This document shows, piece after piece, positions 35,821 to 45,504 of a DNA stretch of 64,000 nucleotides. The DNA is from Lachnospiraceae bacterium. GTDB lineage: Bacteria; Bacillota; Clostridia; Lachnospirales; Lachnospiraceae. How positions within the stretch are numbered: the stretch's first letter is position 1; each line of letters opens with the position of its first letter. Location of the stretch: contig JBJELB010000013.1 in NCBI GenBank assembly GCA_051878935.1, forward strand, positions 4,365 through 68,364, in the 5' to 3' direction. The position numbers were made by a program, and so were the translations under genes. The notes under the pieces are model-generated. The model did not search any database and was not told where the DNA came from. It worked only from the letters and a program-made list of their open reading frames with translations.

Positions 35821-37872
35821 TCAGTAAATCAACAGACTTCCAATTTGATAGACCAGCGTCGCCATAGCCCATGCCACTCCCAGCTGCAGTATCAGCGCTC
35901 CTACCGTCCATTTCCATGAATTGGTCTCACGCTTCATAGTTGCAATCGTAGCGGTGCAGGGAATATACAGCAAACAAAAGACCATCAGTGCATAAGCATT
36001 TAATGCACCAAAACCGTTCTCACCCAGTAAGGCACTCATTGTCGCCATACCTGCTGCAGAACTGATGTTGGCGATTCCATAAAGAACCGACATACTGGAT
36101 ACTACGACCTCCTTGGCAGCAATACCGGCAATTAGAGCGACTGCCACCTGCCAGTAACCAAGGCCTGCAGGTTTTAGAAGCGGCACCAGCCATTTTCCTA
36201 TGATTGCTCCAAAACTATCCTGCATCTCTGTTGCCATACCATGCGGTCCAAGATTTAATACAAACCATAAAATGATAGATGCAATAAAAATGACAGTTCC
36301 GGCTTTTGACAGATAATCCTTGATTTTTTCCCAAACATAAATAGCAATCGTACGGGCATTCGGTTTTTTATATTCCGGAAGTTCCATAATCAAATTCCGG
36401 ACATGTGTTCCTTTTGAGAAACCTTTCACTGCCAATGACACCAGAATGGCTACCAAAACGCCCAGCACATACATAGAATAGGCCGCAACCATGGCATACT
36501 CCTGAAAAAACATCTGGGAAAAAACAACATAAATCGGCAATCGTGCACTACATGACATAAATGGAATAACGAGAATCGTCCGTTTTCTATCTTTCATATC
36601 TTCCAGTGCACGAGATGCCATAATCGCAGGCACTGAGCATCCAAACCCTAACAGCATCGGAATAAACGCACGACCGGACAACCCCAATTTTCCCATAATG
36701 CCATCCATCACATAGGCAACTCTGGCCATATAACCACTGTCCTCCAAAATCGCCAATGCCAGAAATAAAATAAAGATATTAGGCAGAAATGTCAGAATAC
36801 CTCCAACACCTCCAATGATTCCATCTACAACCAATGAAATCAGCCAGTCTGCAACATGGTATTGCTGCAATCCCTGTAATACCCACGCTCCAAAAGCTTC
36901 CACCGCAATCTCAAAGTATCCTTTTAACCAGTCTCCAATGGTGAAGGTCAGGAAAAATACCAGTGCCATGATACACAAAAAAATCGGTACACCCAATACC
37001 GGATGCGTCATCCAATGATCAATTTGATCTGTTTTCGCCATCTTTCGACTTTTTCCTACAACCGTTTCTTCCATGACTTCATCAATAAAATCATATTTTT
37101 CATTGATAATCTGTGTTTCCAGGCTCTGACTCAAAATATCATCCACATCAATCGGATACTGCTTTAATATCTCCGCATCAAAATCCAGATATTTAATCGC
37201 ATGCCAGCGGACATTCGGAATATCAGGATAAGATGCCAGCAAACGTTCTGAGAGAAGATCTATCTGATCCTCGATTGCATCCGAATATACCATAACATGA
37301 TCCAGATGATGATCATGACTGTGCCTGCTTTTCTCCATGTGATAATGGTGATGCTCCAGCATGACCTTTTCTGTTTTTTCCTTATGATGTGCAATCGTGT
37401 GCATCAGGATATCCAGTCCTTTTCGTTTCCTTGCTGATACCGGAACAACCGGAATCCCCAGCATCTCCGGAAGGCGGTGCAAGTCAATCTCCATACCCCG
37501 CTCTTCCACAATATCCATCATATTTAATGCCATTACAACCGGCTTACCCAGTTCAATCAACTGAAGCGTCAGATAAAGATTGCGTTCCAGGCATGACGCA
37601 TCCACAATATTGACAATCACGTCAACTTCATCTTCTAATATGTATTGTCTGGATAACGTTTCTTCCATCGTATAGGAAGTCAGACTGTAGATACCTGGTA
37701 AATCTACCAGCTTAAAAGAGTGATTATGATATTTCATAGCTCCCTCTTTTTTCTCAACTGTTACCCCGGGCCAGTTTGCTACTTTCAGTTTTGCACCGGT
37801 ATACGCATTGAATAATGTTGTTTTTCCACAGTTCGGATTTCCAACAAAAGCTACCGTAATCGGTTTATTCAT
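35821..37872 (-). CDS. feoB: Ferrous iron transporter FeoB
   Basis: 683 aa from the ATG at 37872 (RBS GGAAGGAGG), with G-domain 'GNPNCGKTTLFN' and a polytopic membrane domain. Confidence 0.95.
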   Translation of the reverse strand: MNKPITVAFVGNPNCGKTTLFNAYTGAKLKVANWPGVTVEKKEGAMKYHNHSFKLVDLPGIYSLTSYTMEETLSRQYILEDEVDVIVNIVDASCLERNLYLTLQLIELGKPVVMALNMMDIVEERGMEIDLHRLPEMLGIPVVPVSARKRKGLDILMHTIAHHKEKTEKVMLEHHHYHMEKSRHSHDHHLDHVMVYSDAIEDQIDLLSERLLASYPDIPNVRWHAIKYLDFDAEILKQYPIDVDDILSQSLETQIINEKYDFIDEVMEETVVGKSRKMAKTDQIDHWMTHPVLGVPIFLCIMALVFFLTFTIGDWLKGYFEIAVEAFGAWVLQGLQQYHVADWLISLVVDGIIGGVGGILTFLPNIFILFLALAILEDSGYMARVAYVMDGIMGKLGLSGRAFIPMLLGFGCSVPAIMASRALEDMKDRKRTILVIPFMSCSARLPIYVVFSQMFFQEYAMVAAYSMYVLGVLVAILVSLAVKGFSKGTHVRNLIMELPEYKKPNARTIAIYVWEKIKDYLSKAGTVIFIASIILWFVLNLGPHGMATEMQDSFGAIIGKWLVPLLKPAGLGYWQVAVALIAGIAAKEVVVSSMSVLYGIANISSAAGMATMSALLGENGFGALNAYALMVFCLLYIPCTATIATMKRETNSWKWTVGALILQLGVAWAMATLVYQIGSLLIY

Positions 37873-38122
37873 CCTGCGTTCCTCCTTCCTCACAGACCGT
37901 TTTACTCTCCTTAACTGTAATACCGGCAACAATATCCCGGCCTATGGCGAAGCGGGTTCCCCGCACCAGTATAATGGAAGTTCCGCTTTTTTTCTTATTC
38001 ATTAACCGAATCAGCGTACCGTTGGTTAACCCCAGTATTTCCAATCGTCTCCTCGTCTCTTCTAACAAAGAGAGTTCCTGTACCCGGTATTCCCCGCCGA
38101 TTTTTCCTTCTAATAGCGTCAT
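37865..38122 (-). CDS. feoA: FeoA-family protein
   Basis: 85 aa from the ATG at 38122, with an SH3-like FeoA motif ('LGLTNGTLIRL', 'IILVRGTRFAIGRD'). It overlaps the feoB start. Confidence 0.85.
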   Translation of the reverse strand: MTLLEGKIGGEYRVQELSLLEETRRRLEILGLTNGTLIRLMNKKKSGTSIILVRGTRFAIGRDIVAGITVKESKTVCEEGGTQDE

Positions 38123-38137
38123 ATCTCTTCGTCCTTT

Positions 38138-38172
38138 CAAAAAGGAAAAGGGCTGCCCAAAGCGACAGCCCC
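38138..38172 (-). terminator. Terminator after fba
   Basis: On the minus strand: GGGCTG...CAGCCC stem followed by TTTTCCTTTTT. Confidence 0.65.
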
Positions 38173-38186
38173 ATAAATTTCCATGA

Positions 38187-39056
38187 TTATGCGTTTGCTT
38201 TTCCAACAGAACCAAACAGTTCCATCTTTTCCAGCGTCGTAGCCTTAATCGCTTCTACGCCCGGAAGTAATAACTTACGAGGGTCAAAACCTTTACCCTG
38301 AAGGTCTTTACCTTCTTCGATATATTTACGTGTAGCAGCCGCAAATGCCAACTGACATTCTGTATTAACATTAATCTTAGCAACGCCCAAAGAGATTGCC
38401 TTCTTGATCATGTCTTCAGGAATACCTGTACCGCCATGTAATACTAATGGCATATCCCCTGTTAACTGCTGAATTGCATCCAATGTTTCAAAGCTTAAGC
38501 CTGCCCAATTCTCCGGATATTTACCATGAATATTACCAATACCTGCTGCAAGCATAGAAACACCAAGATCAGCAATTTTCTTACATTCTTCCGGATCTGC
38601 ACATTCACCTGTACCAACAACTCCGTCTTCTTCTCCACCGATAGAACCTACTTCAGCTTCTAAAGAAAGACCTCTTTCATTACAAATAGCAACTAATTCT
38701 GTTGTTTTTTCTACATTCTCTTCAATAGAAAAATGAGAACCATCAAACATAACAGAGGAAAATCCGGCAGCGATACATGCTTTACAACCTTCATAAGAAC
38801 CATGATCTAAATGAAGCGCTACAGGAACTGTGATATTCATCTCTTCGATCATTCCTTTGACCATACCTACAACGGTTTTATATCCCATCATCCATTTACC
38901 AGCACCTTCTGATACACCTAAGATTACTGGGGATTTTGCTTCCTCTGCTGCCATTAAAATTGCTTTTGTCCATTCAAGGTTATTGATGTTGAACTGACCT
39001 ACTGCATAGTGACCGGCTTTCGCTTTGTCTAACATTTCTTTTGCGGAAACTAACAT
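38187..39056 (-). CDS. fba: Class II fructose-1,6-bisphosphate aldolase
   Basis: 289 aa with 'HLDHG', 'LHGGTG' and 'KINVNTE'. Confidence 0.95.
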   Translation of the reverse strand: MLVSAKEMLDKAKAGHYAVGQFNINNLEWTKAILMAAEEAKSPVILGVSEGAGKWMMGYKTVVGMVKGMIEEMNITVPVALHLDHGSYEGCKACIAAGFSSVMFDGSHFSIEENVEKTTELVAICNERGLSLEAEVGSIGGEEDGVVGTGECADPEECKKIADLGVSMLAAGIGNIHGKYPENWAGLSFETLDAIQQLTGDMPLVLHGGTGIPEDMIKKAISLGVAKINVNTECQLAFAAATRKYIEEGKDLQGKGFDPRKLLLPGVEAIKATTLEKMELFGSVGKANA

Positions 39057-39099
39057 GTTTATTCCTCCTGTAAATAAAAACTAATAGTATTAACCTATC

Positions 39100-41631
39100 C
39101 TATTTTAACACGTTCAACAGATTTTTCAATTCTTTTTTCATAGTTGAACGATTAAAATCGCCATAACGGTAGAAGAAGTAGCCGGAAACGCCACCGGATT
39201 TACGTCCCGTTTCTATCTGTCTCTTCAGGATATCATTATTATCTGCCCACTCTGCCGTATTATTCGTTCCTGCTTTGTATGCCGGAATACCTACATACAG
39301 GGAAACCGGACTACCGGTCAGCAGTGTCGTCCATTGCGATAGAACAACATCATACGAATATGCTCCATTTTCAAATCCCCAATAAATCTGTGGGCAAATG
39401 TAATCAACATAAGAGTCACTTTGCACCCAGGTATCTACATCTACGTAATACTGAAGATCACTTCTTAAATTTGTCAGGTTCGCCGCCGGACTGATACCAA
39501 ACCTGCATTCTTTGTTAATATTCTTGATTGCTTTATGTACTTTTTTCACTAAGGTATTTACATTATTACGTCTCCACTGAGCAATCGTCATAGGAGTACC
39601 GCTGGCTTCTTCCACATAAGTTTCATATTCCTGAGCATCAAATGATGTTTCAACATTTGAAGTTGAGAACGTAGGATAGAAATAATCATCAAAATGGATG
39701 CCATCTACTTTATAGTTTGTCACAATTTCCTTAACGCCATTCACAACTAATTTCTGTACATCACTACTAGCCGGATTGAAATAAATCTGCTTATTATAAG
39801 CAAGTACATTTCTCTTTCGTGTATCGTCATCCGATTCATACCAGATTCTAGCCTGATTATCTTCCGATAAAGCGCCGATTGCATTGGCCACACTGCCGGA
39901 ATACGTACCGGTTACCCGATATGGATTCAGCCATGCATGGATATCCAGTTCTCTCGCATGTGCTGCTTCTACCATATATGCCAACGGATCATAGCCCGGG
40001 TCAGCACCCTGTGTTCCTGATGCATATTCTGACCAAGGATAATACTGGGATGAATATAATGCATCTGCAAAAGGACGAACCTGTACGATGACAGCATTCA
40101 TATTACATTCTACACAACGGTCAAACATGGTATTGACCATGTTCTGAAACTCTTCTTCCGTTTTCACATTGGAACTAAAATCAAGATAGGAAATCCACAT
40201 ACCACGAACCTCTTCCTCTGTGGTTATGATGGTATTGGTATCATCCGTATGATTTGCATTGGTATCTGTTGCAAATTCGCCTTTAATCTTAGCCGTATTA
40301 GAACCGGCAACCCATGTATAAGTAAATCCCAGACTCTCCGCTACAAACTGAGCCGGAACCATGATATATGTCTTGCCTTCCTGGTTCTTTCTCTTAACGA
40401 CTTTTGCCGGCATAACCTTCGTAACGCCATTAACGGTAGCTTTTTTACTGCCAACCATCATCTTCACCGTCTTACTGCCATACGTAAGATTGACAACTTT
40501 GGTACTACTATCATATTTATAAGTCGCTCCGATAGCGGTTTTGGCGAATGCATATTTCGCAGAAACCATATTCACATCCTGAATCAAAAGACCACTGATT
40601 GGCATCGATACTTTTGTTCCGTTTACCTTAAGTATTGTCTCCTGCCCCTGTTCGGTATTATCTGATGAATCGGCAGAATTGCTGACCGTGATACCTTTGG
40701 CAATAATATTGGCAGTTGCATTCTGATTATCCCATTGATACTTATAACCCAATGCTTCCGTCACAAATTGTGCCGGTACCATGTAATAGAAATACTTCGT
40801 CTTTACATTTACTACTTTTAATGCTTTTGCCGGCATTTTTACACTTTTGCCATTTACCGTTGCCTTTTTGGCCCCCAGTGTCATTTTAATGGTCTTATCG
40901 CCCTTTGTAATATTTAACGTTTTTGTCATCTTGCTATACTTAACGGTTGCTGCAATCGCCGAATTTCCAAAAATAGCTCTTGCGGAAACCATATTGGTAT
41001 CCCCAATCAGGATACCCGGCATGGTAGAGGATACGGCAATCCCATTTAACGTTGTCTTCGTTTCCGGTCGGGTATACTTACGGGTCTTACCTGCATAACG
41101 AAGAATCAGCCCGCTGGCCGTCTCATTCATGGCACCGGTCAGCTCTACAGTCTGAGCTTCCGAATTATAATAATAGCCAATCCCCAATCCATCCGCGACA
41201 AAACGGGAAGGAACACAGATGACCGTTTTCTTAGCTGCAACATATTGAACCTTATGTGGCGCAACAGGCATCGTTTTCTTATTACCATTTACATATGCAT
41301 TCTTACTGCCAAGTGTCATAACAACCTTATTCGTGCCATAACCCAGGGTAAGTGTGGCAGTCGACTTGTCATATGTAGAAGACACTAACAAATCAGAGTT
41401 CACAAACAATGCCTTATATGGCATCATTGCATAACCATCTTCCAGCAATCCCGGAGTTTTTGACAAATCTACTTTTATACCATTCACGGTTGCTTTTAAT
41501 CTGCTGTCCGTGTAATCCTTCGTCTGCCCATCAACTTTGATTTGCAATCCTGCAGCGGATACGATATTGACAGTTCCCAGCAACATCACAAACGATAGTA
41601 TCAAGGCTAATATTTGTTTTCTTTTTTTCAT
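39100..41631 (-). CDS. Secreted protein with four copper-amine-oxidase-N-like repeats plus a family-10 glycosyl-hydrolase-like (GHL10/DUF187) domain
   Basis: Signal peptide from the ATG at 41631. Four ~95-aa repeats each contain '...TLG.K.A.VNG....MP..P.......VP..FV...LG...'. The C-terminal ~390 aa resemble YngK/GHL10. Confidence 0.75.
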   Translation of the reverse strand: MKKRKQILALILSFVMLLGTVNIVSAAGLQIKVDGQTKDYTDSRLKATVNGIKVDLSKTPGLLEDGYAMMPYKALFVNSDLLVSSTYDKSTATLTLGYGTNKVVMTLGSKNAYVNGNKKTMPVAPHKVQYVAAKKTVICVPSRFVADGLGIGYYYNSEAQTVELTGAMNETASGLILRYAGKTRKYTRPETKTTLNGIAVSSTMPGILIGDTNMVSARAIFGNSAIAATVKYSKMTKTLNITKGDKTIKMTLGAKKATVNGKSVKMPAKALKVVNVKTKYFYYMVPAQFVTEALGYKYQWDNQNATANIIAKGITVSNSADSSDNTEQGQETILKVNGTKVSMPISGLLIQDVNMVSAKYAFAKTAIGATYKYDSSTKVVNLTYGSKTVKMMVGSKKATVNGVTKVMPAKVVKRKNQEGKTYIMVPAQFVAESLGFTYTWVAGSNTAKIKGEFATDTNANHTDDTNTIITTEEEVRGMWISYLDFSSNVKTEEEFQNMVNTMFDRCVECNMNAVIVQVRPFADALYSSQYYPWSEYASGTQGADPGYDPLAYMVEAAHARELDIHAWLNPYRVTGTYSGSVANAIGALSEDNQARIWYESDDDTRKRNVLAYNKQIYFNPASSDVQKLVVNGVKEIVTNYKVDGIHFDDYFYPTFSTSNVETSFDAQEYETYVEEASGTPMTIAQWRRNNVNTLVKKVHKAIKNINKECRFGISPAANLTNLRSDLQYYVDVDTWVQSDSYVDYICPQIYWGFENGAYSYDVVLSQWTTLLTGSPVSLYVGIPAYKAGTNNTAEWADNNDILKRQIETGRKSGGVSGYFFYRYGDFNRSTMKKELKNLLNVLK

Positions 41632-41777
41632 ATTATGCCTCACTTCCAATCATTATTTTTGTTCATTATAACACATGTCATTGTATTGTCAAAAGCGATT
41701 TATATTTACTTTTTTGTTTTTTTCTGTTACACTGATAATAACTTTATGGATAAATATAGAAAGAGGAGGAAATTCCG

Positions 41778-42185
41778 ATGAAAACATTAAAAAGAGGCAT
41801 CATCACAACCTTTGTATGTGCTGCTATGGTTGTACCTACTATCATGCCGGCCAGTGCAAAGATTACTGTTAGTATTGAAGATCCAAAGGCAGGCGAAGGT
41901 ATCCAGCAGGCATCTTTAGGTGGAACTGCAAAAGCAACTGCAGTATCTGTAACAAATGCAAAAAAACAGATTACATTAAAGAAGGGCAAGAAGAAAAAAT
42001 TAAAAGTAGCGGTAACGCCTTCCACTGCCAGTCAGAAGGTATCTTACAAATCTTCTAAGAAAAAAGTAGTATCCGTAACGAAAACAGGTGTATTAAAAGC
42101 ACGTAAAAAGGGTACTGCGAAAATTACCATCAAGACACAGGATGGTTCCAATAAAAAGTGTACGATTAAGGTAACTGTTAAATAA
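41778..42185 (+). CDS. Small secreted Lys-rich protein with a Big_2 (Ig-like) domain
   Basis: Signal peptide ending 'MPASA', then the Big_2-like segment 'ITLKKGKKKKLKVAVTPSTASQKVSYKSSKKKVVSVTKTGVLKARKKGTAKITIKT'. Confidence 0.65.
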   Translation: MKTLKRGIITTFVCAAMVVPTIMPASAKITVSIEDPKAGEGIQQASLGGTAKATAVSVTNAKKQITLKKGKKKKLKVAVTPSTASQKVSYKSSKKKVVSVTKTGVLKARKKGTAKITIKTQDGSNKKCTIKVTVK

Positions 42186-42196
42186 TATCGCAAAAT

Positions 42197-42237
42197 ACGC
42201 CCCGCGGTCTGCTACTGACTGCGGGGCGTTATTTTTA
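42197..42237. terminator. Bidirectional terminator between convergent genes
   Basis: ACGCCCCGC...GCGGGGCGT stem flanked by AAAAT and TATTTTTA. Confidence 0.8.
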
Positions 42238-43920
42238 TTCCATTGCAGGATTGAAATCAACAATGGTTCCTTCTTCAATTTTCAGTATACGATTACAGAT
42301 TTCAAATGCTGCACGCTTATGGGAAATCGTAATTAACGTGCAGTCCGCCATATCGCGAAGATTCTTGAGCAGACGTCCCTCTGTCACTTCATCCAATGCC
42401 GAGGTAGATTCATCCAGAAGTAAAACCGGCGAACGACTTACCAAAGCTCTGGCAACGGCGAGACGCTGTATCTGTCCTTCCGATAATCCATGTCCTTTCT
42501 CTCCAATCACCGTATCCAGGCCCATCGGCAATGAACGGATAAAGTCTTCACAACAACTGATCTTAATCGCCTGCTGCAGCTCTTCTTCAGTTGCATCCTG
42601 ATTGATAAACATGAGATTTTCCCGAATCGTACCGCTTAGAATAATACTGCCCTGCGGCACATAAGCAAAGAGTGGACGTACCGCTTTATCTACCGGTATA
42701 CGGCTGCCGTCCCTATTTTCCAAGAATATCTCTCCCTCATCCGGTCTTAATACTCCCAGCAATAGTTTTAACAAGGTACTTTTACCAATCCCGGAGACGC
42801 CGCCAATCGCAACAAAATCTCCTTTTTGAATGGTAAGATTAGCATGCTCAAATACCGACTCCATCCTCTCTCCATAACGGAAGCTCAGGTCAGAGAAGAT
42901 AATCTTTTCCATATTATGATACAGTTCATCGTGTTTCTGCACCCCGGTATTCACAAGCGGTTCTTTTGGAAGCTGTTCCAGCTCAATGATTCTCTCTGCA
43001 GAAGCCAGCATGGCATAATACTGCGGCATTAAACTGGACAGGGAAGAAAACGGCGACTGCACCTGGTTAATCAATTGCAGCACTGCGGTAAGAGTGCCAA
43101 AACTAATCGTATGCATCAGTAAACGGTATGCGCTCCACACCAATGCATACAAGTATCCCAGGCTGAAAGAAAAAGAAATCCCTGAATTCGCAATGACACT
43201 GACTTTTGTCCGTTTCATGCGAATACGAAAATGATCCTGCTGCAATGCTGTTGCTTTTTCATTCATCTTTTTCTCCACACCAAATACTTTGACAACCAGA
43301 ACATTGCTTACAATCTCCTGAATAAAGGAGCGGACTTTTCCGTCGGCTTCCTGCATTTGCTTATGCATCTTCTTCAGCCATCCGCGAAACACATTTTTTA
43401 TTAACAGCAACAACAGCCCTGCCACTCCAAACAACAGCGCAAAGCTTTTTTCCAGGTAGCATAAGACTGCGAAGGCAGCAACCAGACGTGTCACCAGACC
43501 AATGGTGTTCGGCAGAATCCCGGTAACAGCATCCCTGACAACATTCACATCACTGGTACACCGGTTTAGAATCTCTCCACTGTGATAAGACGAAATACTG
43601 ATATAGTCTCTCTCTAAAATCTTCTCCAGCAAATGGGACTTATATGCAATCTCCAGTTTTCCCTGAATATATGCGGATATGTAATTACAAACAAGGCGCA
43701 GCACAAGCTGAAGCACGATAATACCCAGCAGCAACAGCGCCCGGCTGATCAACTTACTAAGGTCACCTGACGTCGCTCCATCTATCACACCACGGGATGC
43801 CAACGCCAAAACAACGCCACAAACAGCAAAAGCCGCATTTCCCAATACTAAAATAAAGATTAGGAAAAACTGGCTTTTCGACTGCTCATATATCCAATGT
43901 AATGTTTTCTTATCTTTCAT
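42235..43920 (-). CDS. ABC exporter, fused TMD-NBD half-transporter (no peptidase domain)
   Basis: 561 aa with six N-terminal TM helices, Walker A 'GGVSGIGKST', signature 'LSEGQIQR' and Walker B 'LLLDESTSALD'. Confidence 0.9.
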   Translation of the reverse strand: MKDKKTLHWIYEQSKSQFFLIFILVLGNAAFAVCGVVLALASRGVIDGATSGDLSKLISRALLLLGIIVLQLVLRLVCNYISAYIQGKLEIAYKSHLLEKILERDYISISSYHSGEILNRCTSDVNVVRDAVTGILPNTIGLVTRLVAAFAVLCYLEKSFALLFGVAGLLLLLIKNVFRGWLKKMHKQMQEADGKVRSFIQEIVSNVLVVKVFGVEKKMNEKATALQQDHFRIRMKRTKVSVIANSGISFSFSLGYLYALVWSAYRLLMHTISFGTLTAVLQLINQVQSPFSSLSSLMPQYYAMLASAERIIELEQLPKEPLVNTGVQKHDELYHNMEKIIFSDLSFRYGERMESVFEHANLTIQKGDFVAIGGVSGIGKSTLLKLLLGVLRPDEGEIFLENRDGSRIPVDKAVRPLFAYVPQGSIILSGTIRENLMFINQDATEEELQQAIKISCCEDFIRSLPMGLDTVIGEKGHGLSEGQIQRLAVARALVSRSPVLLLDESTSALDEVTEGRLLKNLRDMADCTLITISHKRAAFEICNRILKIEEGTIVDFNPAME

Positions 43921-43922
43921 TC

Positions 43923-44420
43923 TTATCCTCTACTGCGCGATTTCTTATTGAACATATAATATATCTTCCGGGCAACCTGCATAGGAAGGCTCCTGCATAT
44001 AAAATACAACTTACGCAACCCTCTTGACCAAACCCATATATGTTCATACACTACATACCATATATTATTTGTCTCACACCATGCTCCGGCGTGGGTAAAA
44101 CGTTTTACCACACCCAGCAGCTGTTCATGACGGACTCCTTTTTCAACCTGGGTCTGATGATCCCCACACATATTATAGGTTCCATCTGCATTCACTTTCA
44201 CGATCCGGTGCAAAACATATTGTCCGTTATCTCTTTTATAAAGAGGAATATCATACTTTTTCAACGTCCCATCTATTTTCCCCAGAACGACTCTGTCTTT
44301 TCTGTGTTGTAATAACGGCATCATACTGATGCCTGTACTGGTCAGCGTTACTTCTCCCCCATTTTCTAATACTTCTAACATAATCGGAGATAAGTCCTCT
44401 AATTTCACTTTTTGGTTCAT
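43923..44420 (-). CDS. S24/S26-type Ser-Lys peptidase-like protein
   Basis: 165 aa. 'GISMMPLL' resembles the nucleophile box G(D/N)SM.P, and 'HRIVKV' is a candidate general-base Lys. There is no N-terminal TM anchor. Confidence 0.65.
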   Translation of the reverse strand: MNQKVKLEDLSPIMLEVLENGGEVTLTSTGISMMPLLQHRKDRVVLGKIDGTLKKYDIPLYKRDNGQYVLHRIVKVNADGTYNMCGDHQTQVEKGVRHEQLLGVVKRFTHAGAWCETNNIWYVVYEHIWVWSRGLRKLYFICRSLPMQVARKIYYMFNKKSRSRG

Positions 44421-44431
44421 ACTACCACCTG

Positions 44432-44695
44432 CTATTCTAATAAACTGGCTTCTTTTAATTTACACACAAATTCGTGAATATCTTTGCCTGCTGTATTCTC
44501 AGATACATCATAAGCATCCACAACAAGATCCACAAGCTGCTGTTCTTCCTTCTCCTCCAAAAGTGCTTCCCACAAAAACGCTCCCACTTCATTTAATGTG
44601 ATAATCCCATTAAAATCCAGGCTTGCTGCTCCTACCGGTACTACTACACTGTTGCCTGCTACTTCACGCAGCATATATCCTTCTTTAATCTTCAT
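44432..44695 (-). CDS. PqqD-family protein (RiPP recognition element-like)
   Basis: 87 aa containing 'LNEVGAFLWEALLEEKEEQQLVDLVVDAYDVSENTAGKDIHEFVCKLKEASLL', a classic PqqD/RRE pattern. Confidence 0.8.
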   Translation of the reverse strand: MKIKEGYMLREVAGNSVVVPVGAASLDFNGIITLNEVGAFLWEALLEEKEEQQLVDLVVDAYDVSENTAGKDIHEFVCKLKEASLLE

Positions 44696-45425
44696 GTTGT
44701 ATAACCCCTTTACTCATAGTATCATAAGCGACCTGAACTGCCTCATCGGAAATATTACATCCCATCCGGTAGACCGGAATCTGACAAAACAGCTTATCCA
44801 GTACATAAAACAACTTTTTCATTCTCTCTTCTTCGTACGGTCTCAATGTTTGATTCAATAACAAAATCAATCCTTCCCTGGCATCGATGCGGCGAATCCA
44901 ATTTGTTTCTGCCCGCTCCAAAAAAGTGATTCCCTGCAGAGGAACCATCTCATTCCTGTTCAAATCCGTCTTGCCGCTCCACGGTGTTCCACAAGCATAA
45001 AACTTATCATCCCGATACCGAATCGCCGGTTTATCATCATTCAAAATATATGCCTGTTCTCCAAAATGATCTAACCACAGAGAAGTATGCGTTGACTTGC
45101 CCGTACCGGAAGGTGCGGAAAACAAATATGCCTTCTCATGAACTACGACGGCAGAAGAATGTAGTAACAGCCCAATATAATCAATATACGCATAATAAAA
45201 CTCAGAACCTGTCCATATGTACTCACACTCATCCAGCGACAAATGCGGATTTTCTTTCTGTTTTTGTTCCAGGTATTCCTGCGTAAGAGAAATGATAATA
45301 TCAGGAGTTGCCTGATTGTCATGCTGTTCCTCTTCTGATAGTTGATAGAGCCTTGCCTGTTTCTGTAAAGTAGGGTATTTGGGCTCCATCTCTACTAACA
45401 AACCTGCAATCCGGTATAGCCTCAT
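44685..45425 (-). CDS. HPr-kinase-related P-loop protein
   Basis: 246 aa. 'LHSSAVVVHEKAYLFSAPSGTGKSTHT' resembles the HprK C-terminal domain and RiPP-associated HprK-like kinases. Its stop overlaps the PqqD gene start by 11 nt. Confidence 0.65.
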   Translation of the reverse strand: MRLYRIAGLLVEMEPKYPTLQKQARLYQLSEEEQHDNQATPDIIISLTQEYLEQKQKENPHLSLDECEYIWTGSEFYYAYIDYIGLLLHSSAVVVHEKAYLFSAPSGTGKSTHTSLWLDHFGEQAYILNDDKPAIRYRDDKFYACGTPWSGKTDLNRNEMVPLQGITFLERAETNWIRRIDAREGLILLLNQTLRPYEEERMKKLFYVLDKLFCQIPVYRMGCNISDEAVQVAYDTMSKGVIQHED

Positions 45426-45457
45426 ATGTATATCCTCACTTCTTCTTCAATGTTATG

Positions 45458-45486
45458 ATTATACTAAATTTTTTAGCTTTATGCAA
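45458..45486 (-). promoter_or_regulatory. Sigma-A promoter of the HprK-like/PqqD/S24/ABC operon
   Basis: On the minus strand: TTGCAT, 17 nt, TATAAT, about 30 nt upstream of RBS GTGAGGA and the ATG at 45425. Confidence 0.6.
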
Positions 45487-45504
45487 CCTACACAATCAGC
45501 ATTT

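Noticed and set aside
42235-45425. Calling the PqqD/HprK-like operon a lasso-peptide gene cluster
   Set aside because: There is no asparagine-synthetase-like cyclase, no transglutaminase-like B2 protease and no precursor peptide ORF, so the lasso assignment is unsupported.
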